The notes beneath the pieces are model-generated. The model worked only from the letters and a program-made list of their open reading frames with translations. It did not search any database and was not told where the DNA came from. Below are positions 19,227-27,800 of a DNA stretch of 63,156 bases, in pieces; positions within the stretch are counted from its first letter, which is position 1, and each line of letters begins with the position of its first letter. The position numbers and the translations under genes are program-made. The stretch comes from a virus. Its lineage: Duplodnaviria > Caudoviricetes. The DNA lies in the IMG/VR virus record IMGVR_UViG_3300032236_000575, positions 1-63,156 of that record. One strand, 5' to 3'.

Positions 19227-19493
19227 TTACCCTTCGTCGTCGGCGTTTTGCCACAACCGATAAAGCTCGGTGATCTGCTTCTGAGGCATGACATCGAAAA
19301 TGTTTGCGCCAGCACCATTTCCATCGAGAGGCCACTTCTCGGGGGAGATCAATCCCCACTCCAGATAGGCCCAAACTTGGGCCTCGATGTTGCCGACGTT
19401 GTGACGCGAGATCCGCCCCGGCGCATCGCCGTAAGGCTTGAACTGCAACTCGACATCTTTACCGTCGATCTGAGTCTTAAACGTAAAAGACAT
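19227..19493 (-). CDS. Tail assembly chaperone (short G-like form)
   Basis: FDVMPQKQITELYRLWQ resembles the actinophage TAC C-terminus; AGAAGGA SD. Confidence 0.65.
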   Translation of the reverse strand: MSFTFKTQIDGKDVELQFKPYGDAPGRISRHNVGNIEAQVWAYLEWGLISPEKWPLDGNGAGANIFDVMPQKQITELYRLWQNADDEG

Positions 19494-19514
19494 GATGGGT
19501 GTCTTCCTTCTGTA

Positions 19515-20156
19515 TTAATGGAATATGTTGTGCAACTTGCGATCCCGTGCAGGATCATTGCGCTCATCGAGGTTGAACACCTCACGCAGCTTGTCAATCG
19601 GAACAGGCTTAACCTTGCTGCCCTTCCTGGCAGGATTCGGCTGCACGCCGGGACGAGGAACACGATCCGGCGGGTTACCGCCCTCCGACGCTGACTTAGT
19701 CTTCGCCCACTGCAGCCAACCCAAGTAATCGACAGCCTCTGCAATGAGCATGTTCGTTTTGTTCCAACCGGCAGACTCAGGATTCGTCGCGGCATACAAC
19801 TTCGAATCAACGCCAATGTGAGAGATGAACACCCACAAGTCACGCCAGTTGAACTCAGGTGAAGGACAATGACGCAAACGAAGACCAATACCTAACAGGT
19901 CGGCTTCTAACGCATCGCTGTGCCTCTTGATCAAAGCGATCATCGACCGCACTTGATTCATCGTCACGGTTGAATCCTTCTCCCACCGTTTAATCAGTGA
20001 GCGGATCTTCCTCATCGGAGCTTCATCGAAAGGCTGCAGATCTATTGCAGCCCAACGCAATATCTGCCACACGTCGCCGGACTCGACAACATCAGCAGGG
20101 ATCTCCGCGAGTGTTTTCAGAGCAACCTTCTGCCCTGTCAATGTGTAGCTGAGCAT
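19515..20156 (-). CDS. Tail assembly chaperone (long GT-like form, encoded without frameshift)
   Basis: ALEADLLGIGLRL...FNWRDLWVFI...LQWAKT...PRPGV typical of the post-frameshift portion. Confidence 0.75.
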   Translation of the reverse strand: MLSYTLTGQKVALKTLAEIPADVVESGDVWQILRWAAIDLQPFDEAPMRKIRSLIKRWEKDSTVTMNQVRSMIALIKRHSDALEADLLGIGLRLRHCPSPEFNWRDLWVFISHIGVDSKLYAATNPESAGWNKTNMLIAEAVDYLGWLQWAKTKSASEGGNPPDRVPRPGVQPNPARKGSKVKPVPIDKLREVFNLDERNDPARDRKLHNIFH

Positions 20157-20172
20157 CGTTCCACGGTGGAAC

Positions 20173-20224
20173 GGTGGTCCGGCCCAAGAACTGTCAACCA
20201 GCAGTCCTCAAAGGCCGGACCACC
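20173..20224 (-). terminator. Strong hairpin after the major tail gene
   Basis: GGTGGTCCGGCC...GGCCGGACCACC 12-bp inverted repeat; no clear U-tract. Confidence 0.5.
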
Positions 20225-20234
20225 TACACCCTAA

Positions 20235-20825
20235 TTACGAACCCGAAACCACACCGTCATCGGTGAAGGTGACAATGTTGTCATTGCCCCGCACCGTTTC
20301 GAATGCCTCAACCATGATCTTGTACTCGATGGTGTCGGTAGACGCGAGCTTGATGTCCGCGACGGTGATGATCTTGCCGTCCGCAATGTAGTTGCGGTAC
20401 TTTGCACCGGACTCGCTGTCATAGGAGTCGATGACCCATGACTGGTGCGGCAGCTTGATCGCGTTCTTGTTGACCTGGATCTGCGTACCGTGCTGGGTGG
20501 TCGCAGGAGTGACGGTCACGTTGCCTGCGCCGAAGACGGCCTTGAGCACGTTGGCGTTGACGGACTCCAGAAGAGTGAACTCGATCATCGAGTTGTACTC
20601 AGTCTGAAGCACTTTCACCACTTTGCCGCCGAAGCTGCGCTTGTAGTCGATCTTGCGATCGTTCTTCTCCACGAAGCCGTCGCGGCCTGCATAGCCCAGG
20701 TCCACCCAGGCAACGCCAAGGGTAGAAGTAGCAGAAGTCGGAGCAGTGGTGCCCAGAGGCGCGACAAAGACCACGCCAGAAGCGAGCGGCTGCCCGGTAT
20801 AAATGTTGGTGACATTGGATGCCAT
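20235..20825 (-). CDS. Major tail protein
   Basis: APLGTTAPT...DLGYAGRDG...FGGKVVKVLQTEY...TLLES. Confidence 0.9.
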   Translation of the reverse strand: MASNVTNIYTGQPLASGVVFVAPLGTTAPTSATSTLGVAWVDLGYAGRDGFVEKNDRKIDYKRSFGGKVVKVLQTEYNSMIEFTLLESVNANVLKAVFGAGNVTVTPATTQHGTQIQVNKNAIKLPHQSWVIDSYDSESGAKYRNYIADGKIITVADIKLASTDTIEYKIMVEAFETVRGNDNIVTFTDDGVVSGS

Positions 20826-20852
20826 TGATGAAACTCCTTGTGAAAGAGAAAC

Positions 20853-21287
20853 TTACGAGCCGATCTGTCGGCTACGAATCAGAATGTCCACGGTCATCTG
20901 TGCGCGTGGAGTGGCCGAGGGATCGGAAGGGTCAGGCCAATAGTAAGGCTCACCGACAACGGTTACATCCCTGAAACCTGAACCCGCCCTGTACATTCCA
21001 TCGATCATGTAGCCGCGAACCATTTCGGCTGTGCGGCACGCCTGCGCCTCTGTTGTGTCATAGCAGTCGATGATGAGGCGGCGCATGGCAAGAACCATGT
21101 TCATCGTGCTGCGTCCCGTTGGGGCACCGCGAACCGTCACCAACCTTGCCGGTCGGGGATTAGGAACCTGCGATGCCACAACGATATCCAATGGAAGTCG
21201 CTGCCGAAGGTAGCGAACACCCACCACGGTTCCGTACTCAAAGAACCCCGTGTCTGGGATGTCAAGTCCGGTAACCGAATCCTTCAT
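20853..21287 (-). CDS. Tail terminator
   Basis: VPNPRPARLVTV motif, position before major tail. Confidence 0.75.
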   Translation of the reverse strand: MKDSVTGLDIPDTGFFEYGTVVGVRYLRQRLPLDIVVASQVPNPRPARLVTVRGAPTGRSTMNMVLAMRRLIIDCYDTTEAQACRTAEMVRGYMIDGMYRAGSGFRDVTVVGEPYYWPDPSDPSATPRAQMTVDILIRSRQIGS

Positions 21288-21571
21288 CGGAGAGCGGCCT
21301 CCACTAAATAGAAGTTGGTAATCAACCTCGCGTAAGCGATGTTGTCCAGCTTCGCCGCCCTGGTTCTCGTAATGACTGTTGCGCGAAAAGCGTGCAGCCT
21401 CAACGGAACTCCTTCGCCAACGGTGTCAACGTCAGCGATATAACCCTGGTTGTCCAGCCCTGCATCAATGTTGCACTTTGCAGCAAGCTCCTGGCATGCG
21501 GGAAGAAGATGCTTATCGACAATCTCTTCCTCGACGCTATGCCACTCACGAGCATGGAACTGAATCCTCAT
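21284..21571 (-). CDS. Head-tail region hypothetical protein (HK97 gp10-like position)
   Basis: Synteny; overlapping start/stop codons. Confidence 0.6.
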   Translation of the reverse strand: MRIQFHAREWHSVEEEIVDKHLLPACQELAAKCNIDAGLDNQGYIADVDTVGEGVPLRLHAFRATVITRTRAAKLDNIAYARLITNFYLVEAALR

Positions 21572-21909
21572 CCCTCAACCCTCTTCAAGATAAAGATGTT
21601 TCCCGGCTGCCAGCGATCGAAACCATGAATCTCAATGTCTCGCCCAGTGATCTCAAACAGCCCTTCCGGCAGGCGGATTCGGTCTTTGATACTCGGTGAG
21701 AAGTCAGGAGGGCACATCAAGAACCCCTCAAGGTGTTCTTCCTTGATGTGGCCGTCCTGCGTCACCATCGAGGTGATATCCCAACCCTGCACGGCAATCT
21801 GAACCGGGGAGGACCATGACTGCACAGCGTTGCCAAGCTCATCAATTCCAGTAGAGGAAAAAGCAAACCAGTCAACGAGATACGGTGCGGGGAAAGAACC
21901 TACGCCCAT
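21568..21909 (-). CDS. Head-to-tail stopper
   Basis: DELGN...W...DRIRLP...FEITG...PG...LKRVEG. Confidence 0.8.
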   Translation of the reverse strand: MGVGSFPAPYLVDWFAFSSTGIDELGNAVQSWSSPVQIAVQGWDITSMVTQDGHIKEEHLEGFLMCPPDFSPSIKDRIRLPEGLFEITGRDIEIHGFDRWQPGNIFILKRVEG

Positions 21910-22631
21910 GAACTATCCGAGAAGAAGCTGGAGTAGTAGTAGTCACGAGATGACATCTGCTGAACAATCATCGGAGGTGCAGGGTATCGATACGAGCGAG
22001 CAACCTCGACATCGTGATCAGTGAACCCTGTGTCGCCGGACGAAACCCAGTCAGCAGTCATCTGACGAAAGTGTCTGGACTGCAACTCTTTTGACTGCCT
22101 GACAGCGGACATCGGATCGACGGTAAGGTTCCTCGCGGCGATGTCGGCCACCGCAGCGGTGACATCCAACGGCACAGCAGTGCTCCACGAATAGTTGACC
22201 TCAGTGAGCCGTCCGCCCATCTGCCAGTAATACCAGTCATCCCATCGCAACCAGGCACCATCAACGTGCCACGCTGGCGCAGTGTCGGGGATGGTGAACA
22301 AGGTGCCGGGATCAACCGGCACCTCGCTACCAGTGATGACGGGAACTTCTAAACTCACTGCGCCCCAACTGAACTGAGGAAGACCCTCAATTGCGATTCC
22401 GAGAATGGTGCTCGGAGCTTCCAAGAGCCGGACTGCACCGGCTTGGATGCGGAACTGGTGAGTGTAAGTCCCTGGAGAGAAGATGCGTTGCGCCTCTAAC
22501 CGGAACCGGCGCGAAACCTTCGCAAGAGTCTGATCCATGCGGATCTTCATCGGCTGCGGAAGCTCGCTAACGTATTGCACGCCAAGCGAATTGGCGACAT
22601 CATTGCCAGTAGCCAGAGGCGGCAACGTCAT
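21900..22631 (-). CDS. Head-to-tail adaptor
   Basis: PLATGNDV N-terminus, VPLDVTAAVADIAAR; follows capsid. Confidence 0.75.
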   Translation of the reverse strand: MTLPPLATGNDVANSLGVQYVSELPQPMKIRMDQTLAKVSRRFRLEAQRIFSPGTYTHQFRIQAGAVRLLEAPSTILGIAIEGLPQFSWGAVSLEVPVITGSEVPVDPGTLFTIPDTAPAWHVDGAWLRWDDWYYWQMGGRLTEVNYSWSTAVPLDVTAAVADIAARNLTVDPMSAVRQSKELQSRHFRQMTADWVSSGDTGFTDHDVEVARSYRYPAPPMIVQQMSSRDYYYSSFFSDSSWA

Positions 22632-22650
22632 CTACTTCTCCTTGAGTGTT

Positions 22651-23484
22651 TTAGCTGCCGCTGACACCGTAGGTGACAACACCCACCGGCTTGACAACTT
22701 TGCCGCCGTACACATGCAGTGAACGGATGCGGTCAGCGAACTTGTCCTGGCTGCGGAGAGCCTCGACCTGATCGATCTGCGACACGAAAGCAGCAGCGCG
22801 AGAGTTGAACGCGATGAACTGCGGAACATCGTTGCTCGGCAGGTGATTCGAAACAACCACCTGGAAGTCGAGCAGCCGTCCGAGAGTCGCGTTACGCAGA
22901 CCCGGCGTGCCCTGCTCGCCCGTGTTCCAGAAGTTCGTCAACTTCGAATCGGCACCCAGGAGGAAGCCTTCGAACTCGGCGTTGACGGCGAGAACACGGT
23001 TGTCCGGCGGCACGTTGTTCTTGTTCAACTGCTTGCGAGCGTCCTTGATGAGATTGAACGCATCGTTGCCGGTGGTGATGCTCGAAACGGAAGTGGTAAG
23101 ACGACTTCCGTTCTGCGCCAGCAGGTTAGCGATGAAGCGGTCGGTGTCGGCCACCATCGCGTAAGCGGCGGCATCGGTGTACGGCTGCAGAGAACCAGCG
23201 GCCTGCGCCCGGTCGATGTCATCGACGTAGAAGTCGATTGACTTCTCCTGGTTGATCAGCAGATCGATGCCGGTGTCGGTGATAGCGTCGGCGGAGGTAA
23301 CTCGACCAGCGGCCTTGTAGTCCTTGACGGTCGGCGCAACCACACCAGTGATCTTCACCGTGTTGCCCTTGGTCGCAAGACCTTCGTACTCGCGGTTAAC
23401 GAGCGACGGGAACACGTTCTGAGCCAGCCACAGTTCCAGCATCGAAGCTGCCCAAAGCTGTGGGATAAAATTAGTGATAGCCAT
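22651..23484 (-). CDS. Major capsid protein
   Basis: MAITNFIPQLWAA...VNREYEG...GNTVKI...LHVYGGKVV. Confidence 0.9.
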   Translation of the reverse strand: MAITNFIPQLWAASMLELWLAQNVFPSLVNREYEGLATKGNTVKITGVVAPTVKDYKAAGRVTSADAITDTGIDLLINQEKSIDFYVDDIDRAQAAGSLQPYTDAAAYAMVADTDRFIANLLAQNGSRLTTSVSSITTGNDAFNLIKDARKQLNKNNVPPDNRVLAVNAEFEGFLLGADSKLTNFWNTGEQGTPGLRNATLGRLLDFQVVVSNHLPSNDVPQFIAFNSRAAAFVSQIDQVEALRSQDKFADRIRSLHVYGGKVVKPVGVVTYGVSGS

Positions 23485-23502
23485 AGTTGGCGAATCTCCT
23501 TA

Positions 23503-24156
23503 CTACACTTGCTTTCCCATGAGAACGTCCAGGCGTCCTTCTTTGTACGCTTTGGTGATCTCATGGGGAGACATATTGTTTAGTTCGTCACGCGACTTGA
23601 TTTGTCCGGCACGTTCGTCGCCCGGTTTGCCGTCGCTGTTGACATTGGATGCTGGTGCCGCGAGCGGAACTCCAGCTTGCTTCACGAACTCCTTTGCCCA
23701 CGAAAGTGCCTGCGTTGCAGACTCTCTCATCGACTCTTCATCGGTGCCTGTGATCTGAGTCGGGGGAACACCTGTTTCTCGGGCGACACGTTCCCGAATG
23801 CGTTCCCTGCGCTCCGACTCGACTTCGGCGCGAAGCTTGTTGACCTCGGCCAACGGATCCGCTTCGCCTTCATCCTTACCGCCCAACTGATCGCGCAAGT
23901 CGCGGAACCGCTTTGCGTCCTCAAGATTCTGCTTCGCTGTGCGTTCCCAATCTCGGGTCTGTTTGCGGAAGTTACGCAGACGCTCAAGTTCATCGCGCTC
24001 TTCGGAAGTCAAACCGGCTTCAGTGTCGGCCTTCGCTTCTAATCGCGCTTCCTCCGTCGCTGCCGGTGTCGAATCAGATTGCGGCGCAGTCTGTTTGGCA
24101 CCCGGCATGTCTAGAGGTGTTGGCGGTGCAGTGTCGATGATTTCGTTTTCGGACAA
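23503..24156 (-). CDS. Scaffolding protein
   Basis: Charged coiled coil with RDWERTAKQN, directly upstream of capsid. Confidence 0.85.
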   Translation of the reverse strand: MSENEIIDTAPPTPLDMPGAKQTAPQSDSTPAATEEARLEAKADTEAGLTSEERDELERLRNFRKQTRDWERTAKQNLEDAKRFRDLRDQLGGKDEGEADPLAEVNKLRAEVESERRERIRERVARETGVPPTQITGTDEESMRESATQALSWAKEFVKQAGVPLAAPASNVNSDGKPGDERAGQIKSRDELNNMSPHEITKAYKEGRLDVLMGKQV

Positions 24157-24227
24157 TGGATTGCTCCTTTAGCATTTCGCTAGAACCCCATTTCGGGGCG
24201 AATCCTGCAGTGTTGCAGGAAGAAACC

Positions 24228-24494
24228 TTATTGCGCTTCAAACATTGAAGCGATCTGCTCGTCTTGGTCCCTCGCGTGGGTGCCGTCGAGCATTCGGGCG
24301 AACTCCACCCGGCAAGCAGCGATATCAACGGGACGCTTCTTCTTTTGCGCCCCAAGGTCATTCAGTGCCGCGATCGTCGGCCCGTCCAAGCCGGTGCATG
24401 TAGGAACCCAGCGACGGTTGCCCTTGACGATGTCATCGAGAAAACGATTGAACGTCCTCATCAATTCAGCACGAGTCGGTGGGCTGAGTTGCAC
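24228..24494 (-). CDS. Hypothetical protein
   Basis: ORF coupled to the upstream small gene. Confidence 0.55.
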   Translation of the reverse strand: MQLSPPTRAELMRTFNRFLDDIVKGNRRWVPTCTGLDGPTIAALNDLGAQKKKRPVDIAACRVEFARMLDGTHARDQDEQIASMFEAQ

Positions 24495-24643
24495 TACTTG
24501 CTTTTCTTCGCCGTCTTCGCAGCGGCCTTGAAGTCTGAGCTTGACGGCGCACCCTTCGTACCTGGCTTACGCATGCGCTCTCCTGATCCGTTCTTGATGC
24601 GCTCTTGCTTTGCGTGGATGTTTGCGTAGAGTCCGTTTGCCAT
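24494..24643 (-). CDS. Small basic protein (49 aa)
   Basis: MANGLYANIHAKQERIKNGSGERMRKPGTKGAPSSSDFKAAAKTAKKSK; AAAGGGG SD. Confidence 0.7.
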   Translation of the reverse strand: MANGLYANIHAKQERIKNGSGERMRKPGTKGAPSSSDFKAAAKTAKKSK

Positions 24644-24654
24644 TGTTAACCCCT

Positions 24655-24852
24655 TTACGGTTGCGCGTCCTCGATGTCGCCCTCGGTGTACTTCACGATG
24701 ATGTAGCCGTCGCCACCGGCCTGCGGAACATAAACGATGAATCCTGTTGGCGCGTCGAGCGTTTCGGCGTATGCCATTGCGCCCTGGAGTGAGTCGAAGC
24801 GGCTGTCTTTGATGCCTTCGAAGTGTGTTTGAAAGTAGTGGATTGTGTTCAC
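24655..24852 (-). CDS. Hypothetical protein
   Basis: GTGA overlap with the upstream gene. Confidence 0.55.
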   Translation of the reverse strand: MNTIHYFQTHFEGIKDSRFDSLQGAMAYAETLDAPTGFIVYVPQAGGDGYIIVKYTEGDIEDAQP

Positions 24853-27800
24853 TTCTCACCCGGCACAAGCTGGAAAGTTCCCCGACGCAAAGCGCGAGAC
24901 TTCTGCGGTATGTAGAACTCGGGATTACCAGCAGGTTCTGCTTTGATCTGGCTACGCGGAACATCAAGTGAGACAACAGAACCCGAATCACCGGCATATG
25001 CCCTGGCGCGGTTCAGGTCCGTAGTAAACCATCCTCCATTTCCGGGAAGCCAGCTCTGATCGGTGACGATCTTGTTGGCATTCTCGGCATTGGTGCCGTG
25101 GTAAACGGTCACAAGATTGCCTTTATCTGGAGCTTCCGCAGTGCCGACAGCAGTAGGCGCGAACTTCGCCTCAATCTTCGAAACCTCTGCAAGAGTCTCA
25201 GCCTTGATCGCGTCATAGCTCGAAAGATCGTTGATGTATGCGACAGAACCCAACGGGCCGACAACATGAACCCACGGGATCGCCTGAACTGAAGACGTAT
25301 CCATGCCCCGCTCTTTTGCAACTCGCTCAAGAACTTCCGCCATGCGCTTGTAGCCGACAGGATCGTTCACCTTGTTTACGGTACGCGCATAGGTACGCAT
25401 CTGCTCCGCAAAACCTTTGTCATCGGTGTGCAACATGATGCGAGCAACCCAACGATCCGTTGTGCCCCTCATGTAGTCACCGGCAGCGTTCGCGGCGAAG
25501 TCAGCAGGCTTCGGAGCGGTAGTCGCATTGGAACGAAGATCAGCCACGCCACCGAGAGGATTCTTCATCGCCCTCATGGCCTTATCGACGTGGAAGTCAT
25601 ACCCCGTGTCGCTGCCGGTCAACTCTTTGTACTTCTTCGCGTACTCCTTGCGAAGTGAGTAATCATACGAATTGAGAGGAACAAAGTAGGGCCGAGAGCC
25701 ACTGCCGTCCAACCACTTTCGAACACCGATGAGGTTACCGGCCCACTTGTTGTTCTCAGACCAGGCGGCAATAAACGATGCAGCGAGATCCCTCGTCAAA
25801 GGGATACCCCACTCCTTCTGAAACTGTTCGCCGTACTTCTCGACAAACGTGTCACACATCTTCGTTAAGTCGGGATACCACTTCGCGCCAAGCTCTTTTG
25901 CCCAAGGCTCAGAAGCGTCGAGAGCGGCTTTCCAGTTGTCCTCAAGAACCTTGTAGCCGTCTTTCTCAAGCTGCGCCCATGTCGCAGCGACATCGACTTT
26001 CTTGACGAGACTCTTCTCGCCAGTGTCCTCGTCCTTGATCTCCATCATCTGGAACGTGCCGTCAGCGTTCATCTGATAGATCGGTTTGACCTCAGTGCCC
26101 TCTTTGATGCGAGCCTCAACAGATCCGAAACCGCGAGCCTTCTCGCGAGCCTTGATCTCTTCTTCTTTTTCTTTGGCGATTCTCTTTTGTTCTTTTTCGG
26201 CAGCCCTAGCCTCGCGAGCGGCAGCCTTTGCCTGCTTCGCGGCCTCTTTGTCATCCGCTGCTTTCTGCTTCGCCTTAGCGGCATCGAGGCGCGACTGTTC
26301 CTGAGCGTCAACGGTTTTCGATGGCTGCACACCAGCGGACATCACCCAACCGGGCTTAGTCACCTTCGATGCGGCAGCTTTATCTTTTGAGGCATTGACC
26401 ACAAGCTCGTACAATGCCTTCTCTGCAGAGTTGGCGGTGGCCGGATCAGTCTCGACGTGAGCGAACGCTTCTGCGACGGCTTCTGTCGGGTTAAGGGCAC
26501 CGAAGTCATCGAAGCTGTATGCCGACAGCTTTGACTTCATCCAATCTTTGAAGCCGTCCGCTGTTGCGCTTCCTTCGGCTTCTTTCTCGTAAACAGTCTT
26601 CAGTGTGTCGAGGCACTTCTGGCTTGCTTGGTATCCGCCAGTTGCGTCCATGCCGTGCCCGAACTCGTGCGTGACAATCGTTGTCGCAGCATCACTTCCA
26701 TCTTTGGGAGGGTGATAGCCAACATCGATCGCGTGCTGATAGCTCTTCTCTAGTGTCTTGCCGTCCGCGAAACGATCTTTATCCAAACGGATCTCGGTTG
26801 CAGTCATGTCGCGATCCATCGCAAGACCCGCTTGCCACACATCGGTTTCCGCATAGCGGTTCGACGTGCTCAATCTCTTGGTTCCCGATACTTCTCTGAT
26901 GTTGGCTTGCGGATACTTGTCGAGAAGGTCATCGACTGCTCTTGCCGCCGACGTTGCCGGTCCAGTGTCAGCAATCCAATACGTTGGGAACTCGACATCA
27001 AGTTTCGGGTGCCGCGCCTCTAACTGCTTCGCAGTGCGGATGGGGTTGTCATAGTTCTGTATGTCGCCGGGTTGGGGCTTGAGCCACGAATCGTCAGGCG
27101 GCACATAGTTTTTCGGGTCGAACCCGACTCGCATCTCAACACCGGGAACGATCGTGTATTCGGGGATCTTCCGGTCTGCGCCGGACGCAGCGGCAGGCGG
27201 AACGTACTCTTGCAGTGATTCCTGACGAACAGTAAGAAGGGTGACGCTTCTGTCGTTTGGGCCGGGAGGACCGGCGACAAAATCTCCATTTACATCTATG
27301 CGTGCAAGCGGATCGATGTTAACGATCTTGAATGTGCCGAATCCGACACGCTCGTAATCACCGCCCTCAATCGAGGTGACCTTTGCGCCGGACTCAAGTT
27401 TTAAGACAACGGGCTTGCCGCCGCTTGGGTAGTCCTTCGAAACCCAACCGAAACTGCTTTGACCGATCGCATAGGACTTGGCATCTTCGGGAACAACGGC
27501 GAAAGATGAAGCAGGAATGGATAACTTGCCGCCAACCTTTAGCTCATCAATATCGGACTGAGTCATTCCGATTCCGCGATACAACTCCTGCTCAGTCGGC
27601 TTTGCATAGATTGCACGAGCAGCGATCTCTTTGCCGACAAGATGGAGTTCTTCGGGAAACGTAGAAGTATGAAGATCGGAAAGGCTTACAAACGCGGCTT
27701 TTTCTTTATCGGTTAAACCCGAATATCCATGAAGCTGAACATCTCTGACACCTTCGCGCATTGCTTGCTTGGTTTCATCGAAGTCGCCCGATGTCCATCG

